Virus record (IMG/VR): IMGVR_UViG_2698536618_000020
Direction: 5' to 3' (one strand)
From: a virus
Taxonomy: Duplodnaviria; Heunggongvirae; Uroviricota; Caudoviricetes
Length of the DNA stretch: 52,086 bases
In this document: piece after piece, positions 16,984 through 25,947 of the stretch
How the letters are laid out: every line of letters starts with the position of its first letter
Numbering within the stretch: position 1 is the stretch's first letter
Notes under the pieces: model-generated
What the model was told of the DNA's origin: nothing
The model's input: the letters and a program-made list of their open reading frames with translations, nothing else
Databases searched by the model: none
Program-made: the position numbers and the translations under genes

Positions 16984-17277
16984 ATGATGGCAAACCTACG
17001 CAAAGAAGCGCGCGGCAGAGAATGCCAGGTACGGATTTACGGCGTATGCAATGGCAATCCTGAAACGACAGTTCTGGCACATTACCGGATGGCTGGAATT
17101 TGCGGAACGGGAATGAAGCCTGACGACCTGATCGGTGCATGGGCTTGTAGTGACTGCCACGCGGAGATCGACCGACGCACCCGAATTCTCGACAACAACG
17201 ACGCCAGACTTTACCACCTGGAAGGCGTGATCAGGACGCAGGCGATATTGCTGAAGGAGGGGAAGATTAAGTCATGA
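16984..17277 (+). CDS. nin-region protein (DUF1364-like, Cys-rich)
   Basis: 97 aa; CxxxC...CSDCH pattern; GAGG SD. Confidence 0.6.
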   Translation: MMANLRKEARGRECQVRIYGVCNGNPETTVLAHYRMAGICGTGMKPDDLIGAWACSDCHAEIDRRTRILDNNDARLYHLEGVIRTQAILLKEGKIKS

Positions 17278-17636
17278 ATGAATATGAGTTTGTGCTTCCC
17301 TGGCCGCCGACGGTGAATACCTACTGGCGAAGACGGGGAAGCCAGTACTACATCAGCGATAAAGGCCAGAAATACCGAAAAGACGTACAGCAAATCATCC
17401 GGCAACTCAGATTAGACATTTTCACTAAATCACGACTTCGCATCACAATTATTGCTGAACCACCAGATTCCCGCCGTCGCGACCTCGATAACATCCTGAA
17501 AGGTTTACTCGACTCTCTTATCCACGCCGGATTTGCGGACGACGACGAGCAATTCGATGACATTCGCGTAATTCGCGGCGTGAAAGTGCCTGGCGGTAGA
17601 GTGGGGATAAAAATCACCGAACTGGAGAACATTTGA
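17274..17636 (+). CDS. rusA: RusA Holliday junction resolvase
   Basis: 120 aa; 'LPWPP..N.YWR....' and 'DSRRRDLDNILKGLLDSLIHAGF..DD.Q' match RusA. Confidence 0.9.
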   Translation: MNEYEFVLPWPPTVNTYWRRRGSQYYISDKGQKYRKDVQQIIRQLRLDIFTKSRLRITIIAEPPDSRRRDLDNILKGLLDSLIHAGFADDDEQFDDIRVIRGVKVPGGRVGIKITELENI

Positions 17637-17830
17637 TGAATGCTAAAATTCAAACGATACCTGAATTACTGATCTGCACCAGGGGAAATCAGACAGAAGT
17701 CGCCAGAATACTGAACTGCAATCGTGCTACAGTCAGAAAATACATTGATGATAAAGATGCGAAAAAGCACGCCGTCGTCAATGGCGTCCTTATGGTTCAT
17801 CGCGGATGGGGTAAAGATACTGATGCGTGA
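17633..17830 (+). CDS. ninH: NinH
   Basis: 65 aa; '[42 protein letters not shown]' matches lambda NinH. Confidence 0.8.
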   Translation: MMNAKIQTIPELLICTRGNQTEVARILNCNRATVRKYIDDKDAKKHAVVNGVLMVHRGWGKDTDA

Positions 17831-18257
17831 TATCCGGCAGGTTCTTGAGCGCTGGGGGGCATGGGCGGTAAATAACTATGAGGATGTTACATGGTCGCCC
17901 ATTGCTGCCGGATTTAAGGGACTGATCCCCGAAAAAGTAAAATCACGTCCACAGTGCTGTGACGATGATGCGATGGTGATATGCGGGTGCATAGCCCGCC
18001 TTTACCGGAACAATCGCGATCTGCATGACTTGCTGGTTGATTACTACGTGTTGGGGGAGACGTTCATGGCGCTGGCACGGAAACATGGGTGCTCTGACAC
18101 CTGTATAGGTAAACGCCTTCACAAAGCGGAGGGGATTGTTGAAGGCATGCTGATGATGCTGGGAGTGAGGCTTGAGATGGATCGGTATGTTGAGCGTGAA
18201 TTGCCGGGAGGGAGAAGCTCTGTATTTTATCAGCGAAAAAATAGTTTACGATCGTAA
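17823..18257 (+). CDS. Q: late antiterminator Q (933W/Q21-like type, not lambda Q type)
   Basis: 144 aa from ATG overlapping ninH stop; '[24 protein letters not shown]...[16 protein letters not shown]' as recalled for Q of Stx-phage type; last gene before late leader. Confidence 0.75.
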   Translation: MRDIRQVLERWGAWAVNNYEDVTWSPIAAGFKGLIPEKVKSRPQCCDDDAMVICGCIARLYRNNRDLHDLLVDYYVLGETFMALARKHGCSDTCIGKRLHKAEGIVEGMLMMLGVRLEMDRYVERELPGGRSSVFYQRKNSLRS

Positions 18258-18304
18258 AAATCTGCATATCATGATAAGAGTGGTTACATTGCCACGCAGC
18301 CGAA

Positions 18305-18327
18305 CCCGCCGATGCGCGGGTTTTTTT
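18305..18327 (+). terminator. tR'-like terminator of short late leader transcript
   Basis: CCCGC-cgat-GCGGG hairpin followed by TTTTTTT, about 50 bp after Q stop. Confidence 0.65.
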
Positions 18328-18506
18328 GTACCCAGAATCCTGTGAGCTATACGGAAAGTACACAGAAAGGAAGGTACGACCGCAATTAATAACAAAATCT
18401 TAAAAATCTCATATGGCACTATTAGTTTTCTAAATATTGTATATTTTAAGTATTGCAGGATAACCCTGTAACGAAGTTTGCGTAACAGCATTTTGCTCTA
18501 CGAGTT

Positions 18507-18537
18507 TGCCAGCCTCCCCTGGTGGCTGGCTTTTTTT
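18507..18537 (+). terminator. second intrinsic terminator in late leader
   Basis: GCCAGCC-tcccctggt-GGCTGGC + TTTTTTTGT. Confidence 0.65.
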
Positions 18538-19022
18538 GTATCCGTTCAACGGGAATGTTACATACCTCACAATTAAGTCAGTTGAATGTTGTCTGCCCGG
18601 ATGAGAATTTGTTAGAAAAAACTGCATGGTGAATCCCCCTGAGCGGAGGGGCGACTGGTGACGGTATAATCTCTGATTATCAAAACGAGAATGACGCGGG
18701 TTTAGTGGCACCGGGCTGAACTCACCGGGAGGCACCCGGCACCATGCAATGGCACATAGCGCCACTCTCCAGCCCCTCTCCGGAGGGGCTTTCTTATGGA
18801 CAAAAAAGCCCGCGCTGGGAGACGCGGGCGGCAAGGAATGAACAATGAAACGTGAAGTAATATTTCAGCTGGCGAATAATACCCCATAGTAATCACTCTG
18901 CGCAACTGCGCGACCTTTTTCGAATTGCGGGCTGTAGTCTCCCTTCTGCCATTGTCCTGTAACTTCCGGACTTCAGCCCGCTCCTTATTTTACTCACAAT
19001 ATTATCCCGGCCGGGAGGATTC

Positions 19023-20933
19023 ATGACATTTAAACACTATGATGTTGTCAGGGCGGCGTCGCCGTCAGACCTTGCGAAACGAATAACTCAAAAACTGAAG
19101 GAAGGGTGGCAGCCTTATGGTAGTGCGCTGATTTCGACAGCTGGTTATGGTGCGGAGTTCATCCAGCCAGTTGTGAGTGAGGGGAGCATCTCATCACCAG
19201 AGGAGCCAGGCAACCGTCCGACGACCTCAGCGCCTTCTGTTGCGCCAGAATATTACTATGTGATCGCGCTTGCTGGTCAGTCCAATGGTATGTCATACGG
19301 TGAGGGACTGCCATTACCGGATACATTCGACAGCCCTGATCCACGTATTAAACAGTTAGCGCGTCGCAGTACGGTGACACCGGGCGGTGCAGCATGCAAA
19401 TATAACGACATCATTCCGGCGGACCATTGTCTGCATGATGTGCAGGACATGAGCCGTCTTAACCATCCGAAAGCGGACCTGTCAAAGGGGCAGTACGGAA
19501 CCGTGGGGCAGGGGCTGCATATCGCCAAAAAACTGCTGCCGTTTATACCGGCGAATGCGGGCATTCTGCTGGTTCCGTGCTGTCGTGGTGGTTCAGCGTT
19601 CACCACCGGAGCTGATGGCACATACAGTGACGCGAGTGGCGCCTCGGAGAATTCAACCCGCTGGGGTGTGGACAAGCCGCTGTATAAGGACCTTATCGGT
19701 CGAACAAAAGCGGCACTGGAGAAGAACCCGAAAAATGTGCTGTTTGCCGTGGTGTGGATGCAGGGGGAATTTGATTTTGGCGGTACGCCGGCAAATCATG
19801 CCGCACAGTTTGGTGCGCTGGTTGATAAATTCCGTGCAGACCTGGCGGATATGGCAGGCCAGTGCGTCGGTGGCTCTGCTGGCGGTGTTCCCTGGATATG
19901 CGGGGACACGACGTATTTCTGGAAGCAGAAGAACGAATCCACGTACCAGACGGTGTACGGCAGCTATAAAAATAAAACGGAAAAGAATATCCATTTCGTA
20001 CCGTTCATGACCGATGAGAACGGGGTGAATGTGCCGACGAACAAACCGGAAGAAGACCCGGACATTCCAGGTATCGGTTATTACGGTTCGAAATGGCGTG
20101 ACAGCTCAGCCACCTGGACGTCACAGGACAGGGCGAGCCATTTCAGTTCATGGGCTCGCCGTGGGATTATTTCCGACCGTCTGGCAACGGCGATTCTGAG
20201 CTGCGCGGGTAAGTCTTCTGCGTTTGTTAATGGTACTGCCGGGGTGGTTGTTCCAGACAGACCGGTTACCACCTCAGAGTCTGTAATTTTTTACGATGCC
20301 AAAAAAGCTACAGACAATCAGCTGAAACCCTATGGCTGGGACGGCATGTATGGCAGACGCACACTGGTTGATGACAGCGGCAATAAAGCTCTGCGAATTG
20401 AGAAAAATAACAGCGCGAAATCCTGGTCAATGTACTGTGATATTGCTGCAGACAAGGCAAAACTTTTACTGGAAAAAGGCGGAGAAATTGCTGTCCGGTT
20501 TAAAATCCCCGAAAACGTCAATCTTGAGACAACCAGAAACAAGTATGCCTTTGGTTTGTACTGGCGAATAGCGGAATGGCCGGGTGAGGGTGGTGAAGGC
20601 CATCTGAGTTCTTTCTTTGTCCAGACAGATAAAGCCAGTATTAATGTTGCATACCATCATACAGTTAATCAACAAAAAGAACTTGGCACGTTTGGCGCAT
20701 TCGACCATGACTGGCATACGCTTGCATTTAAATTTAAGGGCAGTAACAGCATTAATGTTACTCCGGTGCTTGATGGTGTGGATGGACAGGCGTTTGACCT
20801 GGTGAAATGGGCCAATACTGCTAATGGACTCAACAGGTTTGTCATTACGGATATTACAGGTAGTGCAGAAACCTACCCTGTACTTATTGATACGGTGGAA
20901 GTTAAAGCAAACAAAGCTGGAGCAGCCGCATAA
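19023..20933 (+). CDS. nanS-p: NanS-p-like sialate O-acetylesterase (prophage-encoded)
   Basis: 636 aa; N-terminus MTFKHYDVVRAASPSDLAKRITQKLKEGWQPYGS as recalled for Stx-prophage NanS-p/DUF1737; central SGNH/SASA-like region; position between Q and lysis genes. Confidence 0.75.
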   Translation: MTFKHYDVVRAASPSDLAKRITQKLKEGWQPYGSALISTAGYGAEFIQPVVSEGSISSPEEPGNRPTTSAPSVAPEYYYVIALAGQSNGMSYGEGLPLPDTFDSPDPRIKQLARRSTVTPGGAACKYNDIIPADHCLHDVQDMSRLNHPKADLSKGQYGTVGQGLHIAKKLLPFIPANAGILLVPCCRGGSAFTTGADGTYSDASGASENSTRWGVDKPLYKDLIGRTKAALEKNPKNVLFAVVWMQGEFDFGGTPANHAAQFGALVDKFRADLADMAGQCVGGSAGGVPWICGDTTYFWKQKNESTYQTVYGSYKNKTEKNIHFVPFMTDENGVNVPTNKPEEDPDIPGIGYYGSKWRDSSATWTSQDRASHFSSWARRGIISDRLATAILSCAGKSSAFVNGTAGVVVPDRPVTTSESVIFYDAKKATDNQLKPYGWDGMYGRRTLVDDSGNKALRIEKNNSAKSWSMYCDIAADKAKLLLEKGGEIAVRFKIPENVNLETTRNKYAFGLYWRIAEWPGEGGEGHLSSFFVQTDKASINVAYHHTVNQQKELGTFGAFDHDWHTLAFKFKGSNSINVTPVLDGVDGQAFDLVKWANTANGLNRFVITDITGSAETYPVLIDTVEVKANKAGAAA

Positions 20934-21072
20934 TTGCTAAAAAAAGCCGCCAGCGGCAGGAATGGAAGCTGGCGGAGGTAATCCCAATGGAGAATGTAAA
21001 GAAAAGATGCTTTCGTACATTGGTTTTTTAAATGAAAACAATTCTCATTGTCAACCATAACGGTAAGAAATT

Positions 21073-21255
21073 ATGACATTTATTCATCAGGTGATGCTGT
21101 ACTTCTGTACGGCGGTCTGTGTGCTGTATCTTCTTTCGGGTGGGTACAGGGCTGTGCGCGATTTCTGGTGCAGGCAGATTGATAAAAGGGCCGCTGAGAA
21201 AATCAGCGCCAGTCAGTCAGCCGGAAGCAAACCCGAAGAACCCGTTACTCCTTAA
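21073..21255 (+). CDS. small membrane protein (one TM helix)
   Basis: 60-aa ORF; hydrophobic N-terminus then charged tail. Confidence 0.35.
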   Translation: MTFIHQVMLYFCTAVCVLYLLSGGYRAVRDFWCRQIDKRAAEKISASQSAGSKPEEPVTP

Positions 21256-21280
21256 CAACCCCTTTCAGCGAGAAAATCCC

Positions 21281-21526
21281 ATGTCAGAAATCACATCCCT
21301 GGTCACTGCAGAGGCAGTGAAGGAAGTCCTGCGCTCTGAAGAAGTCCGGAGCGCACTGAAACAGAAACTTCGCCAGAATCTTGAGTCGCGTCTTGATGCA
21401 GAAGTGGATGCCATTCTGGATGAGCTGCTGGGCGTACCAGCGGTTCCTGAGCCGGAAGGTATCGCGGGTGACGGGAGTGCTTCAGATGGCGGTGAACCTA
21501 CACCTGACAGCGACATGATGATGTAA
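21281..21526 (+). CDS. small acidic hypothetical protein
   Basis: 81 aa from internal ATG of ORF 21119; weak SD. Confidence 0.4.
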   Translation: MSEITSLVTAEAVKEVLRSEEVRSALKQKLRQNLESRLDAEVDAILDELLGVPAVPEPEGIAGDGSASDGGEPTPDSDMMM

Positions 21527-21602
21527 GCATGCGCAAGGGACCATCGGTGTGTGCCGGTGGTCTTTATATTGTTGTGAGCTTCCGGATTGCGGGAGACGGG
21601 GT

Positions 21603-21818
21603 ATGTACCAGATGGAAAAAATCACAACAGGTGTGTCATACACCACGTCAGCGGTGGGAACGGGCTACTGGTTCCTGCAGTTGCTGGACAGGGTTTCCCC
21701 GTCTCAGTGGGCGGCAATAGGCGTGCTGGGGAGTCTGCTGTTTGGGCTGCTGACGTACCTGACTAACCTGTATTTCAAAATCAAAGAGGACCGGCGTAAG
21801 GCGGCGCGGGGAGAGTAA
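21603..21818 (+). CDS. S: class II holin (pinholin S21-like) with dual start
   Basis: 71 aa; '[41 protein letters not shown]' matches S21 pinholin; Met1 and Met4 dual-start motif (MYQMEK). Confidence 0.9.
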   Translation: MYQMEKITTGVSYTTSAVGTGYWFLQLLDRVSPSQWAAIGVLGSLLFGLLTYLTNLYFKIKEDRRKAARGE

Positions 21819-21822
21819 GCTG

Positions 21823-22356
21823 ATGAGCAGGAAATTCCGCTATGGTTTATCAGCGGTCGTTCTGGCGCTGATTGCTGCGGGTGCTTCTGCGCCTGAAATC
21901 CTCGACCAGTTTCTTGACGAAAAAGAAGGTAACCACACCACGGCATACCGTGATGGTGCGGGTATCTGGACTATCTGCCGCGGTGCCATCCTGGTGGATG
22001 GCAAACCTGTCGTTCCGGGCATGAAGTTGTCGAAGGAAAAATGCGACCGGGTTAACGCCATTGAGCGTGATAAGGCGCTGGCATGGGTGGAGAAAAACAT
22101 CAGAGTGCCACTGACCGAACCGCAGAAAGCGGGCATCGCGTCATTCTGTCCGTACAACATCGGGCCTTCGAAATGCTTCACCTCAACGTTTTACCGGAAA
22201 CTGAACGCAGGAGACCGGAAAGGTGCATGTGCTGAAATCCGCCGATGGATATATGACGGCGGCAGGGACTGTCGGAACCGCTCAAATAACTGTTACGGGC
22301 AGGTATCGCGGCGTGACCAGGAGAGCGCGCTGGCGTGCTGGAGTATCGACAGATAA
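21823..22356 (+). CDS. R: SAR endolysin (T4-lysozyme-like muramidase)
   Basis: 177 aa; hydrophobic N-terminal SAR segment (YGLSAVVLALIAAGASA), catalytic 'EGNHTTAYRDGAGIWTICRG'. Confidence 0.9.
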   Translation: MSRKFRYGLSAVVLALIAAGASAPEILDQFLDEKEGNHTTAYRDGAGIWTICRGAILVDGKPVVPGMKLSKEKCDRVNAIERDKALAWVEKNIRVPLTEPQKAGIASFCPYNIGPSKCFTSTFYRKLNAGDRKGACAEIRRWIYDGGRDCRNRSNNCYGQVSRRDQESALACWSIDR

Positions 22357-22448
22357 GCAGAATATTCTGCTGAAAAATGCCGTTGACCAACGCGAACGGA
22401 TAACACGAAATCCTGCGAACTGGCAAAATTTAAGTGAGTAAAAGTAAA

Positions 22449-22484
22449 AACCCCGTTTGTTGGCAGCAAGCGGGGTTTTGTGTT
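22449..22484 (+). terminator. intrinsic terminator between endolysin and spanin genes
   Basis: CCCCG...CGGGG stem followed by TTTTGTGTTT. Confidence 0.6.
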
Positions 22485-22576
22485 TCTGACCTTGAATAAG
22501 GCAAGGGAGAAATTATGGGTAGGGAGGTTCTTTCCCTGTGAGGAAGTATAAAAGATTCTTTCTGAGGTTGTCCATT

Positions 22577-22690
22577 ATGAAAGGCATTGAGGTGGAGACG
22601 CCAGCAAGTCTGGATTTAACAAGAGCGGCAGCTTTTGCCATTCGTATTGTGGCAATTGCTGTTCTGGTCTGGGCAATCCGTTGGTGGTGA
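22577..22690 (+). CDS. small hydrophobic peptide (37 aa) [37 protein letters not shown]
   Basis: ORF ends 1 nt before Rz ATG; predicted single TM; below ORF-track length cut-off. Confidence 0.35.
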   Translation: MKGIEVETPASLDLTRAAAFAIRIVAIAVLVWAIRWW

Positions 22691-22691
22691 T

Positions 22692-23159
22692 ATGAACCGT
22701 GTTCTGTGTGTGGTGATTATTGTCCTGCTGGTAGCCTGTGGTGTGCTTAGTCTGGGGCTGAATCATTACCGCGATAACGCCATCACCTACAAAGCGCAGC
22801 GCGATAAAAAAGTCAGTGAGCTGAAACTGGCGAACGCGACAATTACTGATATGCAGATACGCCAGCGTGATGTCGCTGAACTTGATGCCAGATACTCGAG
22901 GGAATTAGCCGATGCGAGAGCTGAAAATGAAACTCTGCGTGCTGATGTTGCCGCTGGTCGTAAGCGCCTGCGGATCAACGCCACCTGCTCCGGTACCGTG
23001 CGTGAAGCCACCGGCACCTCCGGCGTGGATAATGCAACCGGCCCCCGACTGGCAGACACCGCTGAACGGGATTATTTCATCCTCAGAGAACGGTTGATGA
23101 CAATGCAGAAGCAGCTGGAAGGGGCACAGGAATATATCCGCACTCAGTGCCTGAAATAA
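22692..23159 (+). CDS. Rz: Rz i-spanin
   Basis: 155 aa; N-terminal TM then coiled-coil; Rz1 embedded in +1 frame. Confidence 0.85.
   Translation: MNRVLCVVIIVLLVACGVLSLGLNHYRDNAITYKAQRDKKVSELKLANATITDMQIRQRDVAELDARYSRELADARAENETLRADVAAGRKRLRINATCSGTVREATGTSGVDNATGPRLADTAERDYFILRERLMTMQKQLEGAQEYIRTQCLK
22927..23097 (+). CDS. Rz1: Rz1 o-spanin lipoprotein (embedded)
   Basis: lipobox LVVSAC, proline-rich mature part; fully inside Rz in another frame. Confidence 0.7.
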   Translation: MKLCVLMLPLVVSACGSTPPAPVPCVKPPAPPAWIMQPAPDWQTPLNGIISSSENG

Positions 23160-23453
23160 GTTTTGCTGATGCGCCGTATCGTCGCCGTATTCCCGCATTA
23201 ACAGAGACCGCAGCCACCTTATCTGCGTGAGTGTGCGGGGATAATCAAAAACGATGCACACCGGGTTTTCTCATTTTTCACGAGATGGGAGCGATTTCCC
23301 GCGAAGCCGCCTGTCCGGTGCGGTGGTGGAAGAAACCGGATAAAACAACCGCATTGTGCAAATATCGTTCAAATATGGTGCTGCTGTGTGAAATCTGAAA
23401 AATCACAGCGGTCATTATGCATCAGTTTTTAACACAGGACGTCAGAACGTGAC

Positions 23454-24260
23454 ATGGCAAAGCTGGACTGGAAAAAGCTGGAGCAGGCATTCCGACGCGA
23501 ACATGCCGAAACGGGAATAACATTACTGGACTGGTGCCGGAAGAAAAAGATTAATTACAACACCGCCAGAACCCGTATAAAAATGGGCAAAATCGATCAT
23601 GAAATTGATCATAAAACCGATCATGAAATCGATCATGACATCTCAGATGAAGAACCCTGCAATGACGCGGGTTCCGGCGATGAAAAATGCGCAAAAAACT
23701 CTGAAAAAAACTGCGCAAATTTGGCAGAAACGAAACGGACTCGTGGTTCCAGACTTTTGCCACCTTCAAATGCTTTTTCTCAGCGTAACACCCACGCCGT
23801 CAGACACCGTGGATACGCGAAGTATCTCGAGGCAGATAACCTCATAGATGATGCAGTCGGAATGGAACTTGCCGATGAACTGGTGTTTACCCGGGCCCGC
23901 GCACTTTCAGTAACAGGAACACTGAAAAAAATGTTCGCCGACCTGAAAGAGGCGGCTGACGTGGAAACCCGCGTTGCTCTGTACGACAAAATACTCAAAG
24001 CTGAACAGGCTCTTGACCGGAATATTGCCCGTATCGAGTCAATTGAACGCTCATTGCTGACGCTGGACGTTCTGGCTGAAACAGCACCAAAACTTCGTGC
24101 TGACCGGGAAAGAACCAACGCTGCCAGAGATAAACTCAGAGCGGAAACCGATATTCTGACCAGCCAGCGTCGGGGCGTTGTTACGCCTGTCAGTGACATC
24201 GTGTCATCGCTGCATGAAATGAGTAATTCGGGGAGACTGGATGACATTCCGGAAGAATGA
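23454..24260 (+). CDS. terminase small subunit (putative)
   Basis: 268 aa; N-terminal HTH-like region; first gene of packaging block, overlaps large terminase start; internal 4x12-bp tandem repeat. Confidence 0.65.
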   Translation: MAKLDWKKLEQAFRREHAETGITLLDWCRKKKINYNTARTRIKMGKIDHEIDHKTDHEIDHDISDEEPCNDAGSGDEKCAKNSEKNCANLAETKRTRGSRLLPPSNAFSQRNTHAVRHRGYAKYLEADNLIDDAVGMELADELVFTRARALSVTGTLKKMFADLKEAADVETRVALYDKILKAEQALDRNIARIESIERSLLTLDVLAETAPKLRADRERTNAARDKLRAETDILTSQRRGVVTPVSDIVSSLHEMSNSGRLDDIPEE

Positions 24261-25947
24261 ACCGCGATGTGATGAACCGTCAGAAATGACAGAGGCCGAA
24301 CAACGTCTGTTCATCATGACTAAACTGAGCAATCCCTGGTGGCGGCTCAATCATCTCTACAAGATACAGAACGAAAAAGGTGAGCTGGTCACCTTCAGAA
24401 TGCGACCGGCGCAGCGCCAGTTGTTCCGGAGCATGCACAATAAAAATATTATCCTGAAAGCACGCCAGCTGGGGTTTTCCACGGCCATTGATATTTATCT
24501 TCTCGACCAGGCATTATTCATACCGCATCTCAAATGCGGGATTGTCGCTCAGGATAAACAGGCTGCCAGTGAAATTTTCCGCACCAAAATTGCTGTACCG
24601 TTCGATCATCTTCCTGACTGGCTGAGAGCCTCATTCACCATCGTTGAACGTCGTAGCGGAGCCAGCGGTGGCTATATCCTGTTTGGGCACGGCTCGAGTA
24701 TCCAGGTGGCAACCTCATTCCGTTCAGGTACGGTGCAGCGCCTGCATATCTCAGAGCACGGCAAAATTTGCGCAAAATATCCGGCTAAGGCGAAAGAGCT
24801 GCGAACCGGTACACTTAATGCCGTCTCTGATGAGTGCATTATTTTTGATGAATCCACTGCTGAAGGTGTGGGTGGCGATTTTTACGAGATGAGTAACCGG
24901 GCACAGGAAATCACTGCATCAGGGCTGGCGCTGACGCCACAGGATTATAAATTCCATTTTTACGCCTGGTGGCAGGATCTCAAATACAGCGCCAGAGTGC
25001 CGGAAAGCGGACTTAAGCTGTCACGGGAAAAAACAGCGTATTTTTCTGCGGTTGAAAAAGCAATGAACATCACGCTTACCGATGAGCAGAAACACTGGTA
25101 CATCTGCAAGGAAACTGAACAGCGTGAGGAAATGAAGCAGGAGTTTCCCTCAACACCACAGGAGGCGTTTCTGACGTCCGGACGACGGGTGTTCAGTGCG
25201 GAAAGCACGCTGCAGGCAGAGTCATTCTGTTCGCCACCGCTGATTGTTTATGACATTGAACCGGTTACAGGAACGAAGACCAAAGCGCAGTCTCTGCGTG
25301 ACGGGAATAAAGCCGAACAGCACCGGACGCTGATGAATTATCTGCTGGTCTGGGAGCTACCGGATCCGGATGAAGAGTATGTATGCGGAGCGGATACCGC
25401 TGAGGGGCTGGAGCACGGAGACCGCTCATCGCTGGATATCATCAGATGTAGTAATGGTGAGCAGGTAGCCCACTGGTTTGGTCATCTCGATGCGGAGCTT
25501 TTCGCTCATCTCATTGCGCAGGTCTGCCGTATGTACAACAACGCGTTTGTGGGGCCGGAGCGTAACAATCACGGACATGCCGTTATCCTGAAACTCCGGG
25601 AACTCTATCCGACGCGTTATATCTACAACGAACAGCACCTTGACCAGGCATATGACGACGATACGCCCCGTCTTGGCTGGCTGACAACCCGCCAGAGTAA
25701 ACCGGTCCTGACTGAGGGAATGAAAACGCTGCTGAATAACGGCCTGTCGGGGATCCGCTGGACGGGCACATTATCAGAAATGAACACCTACGTTTATGAC
25801 GCGAAAGGCTCCATGAATGCACAGGAAGGCTGTTTTGATGATCAGCTTATGAGCTACATGATTGCCCAGGAGATGCGCGCCAGAATGCCGGTGAGGGTAA
25901 GACAGAAAACGGATAAACGCAGAACCACACACTGGATGGCTCACTGA
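24241..25947 (+). CDS. terminase large subunit
   Basis: 568 aa; Walker A-like GFSTAIDI region and nuclease C-domain acidic residues; position upstream of portal, ATGA overlap with portal. Confidence 0.8.
   Translation: MTFRKNEPRCDEPSEMTEAEQRLFIMTKLSNPWWRLNHLYKIQNEKGELVTFRMRPAQRQLFRSMHNKNIILKARQLGFSTAIDIYLLDQALFIPHLKCGIVAQDKQAASEIFRTKIAVPFDHLPDWLRASFTIVERRSGASGGYILFGHGSSIQVATSFRSGTVQRLHISEHGKICAKYPAKAKELRTGTLNAVSDECIIFDESTAEGVGGDFYEMSNRAQEITASGLALTPQDYKFHFYAWWQDLKYSARVPESGLKLSREKTAYFSAVEKAMNITLTDEQKHWYICKETEQREEMKQEFPSTPQEAFLTSGRRVFSAESTLQAESFCSPPLIVYDIEPVTGTKTKAQSLRDGNKAEQHRTLMNYLLVWELPDPDEEYVCGADTAEGLEHGDRSSLDIIRCSNGEQVAHWFGHLDAELFAHLIAQVCRMYNNAFVGPERNNHGHAVILKLRELYPTRYIYNEQHLDQAYDDDTPRLGWLTTRQSKPVLTEGMKTLLNNGLSGIRWTGTLSEMNTYVYDAKGSMNAQEGCFDDQLMSYMIAQEMRARMPVRVRQKTDKRRTTHWMAH

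Noticed and set aside
18330-19022. Searched for stx genes, tRNA genes or a structured RNA gene in the Q to nanS-p interval
   Set aside because: No ORF of stxA/stxB size, no tRNA-like T-loop/acceptor pattern found by eye; only terminator hairpins. Minus-strand ORFs 18430-18905 overlap these hairpins.
23160-23453. cos/pac packaging site between Rz and small terminase
   Set aside because: Looked for a lambda cosN-like sequence; none recognised. Packaging signal remains unassigned.
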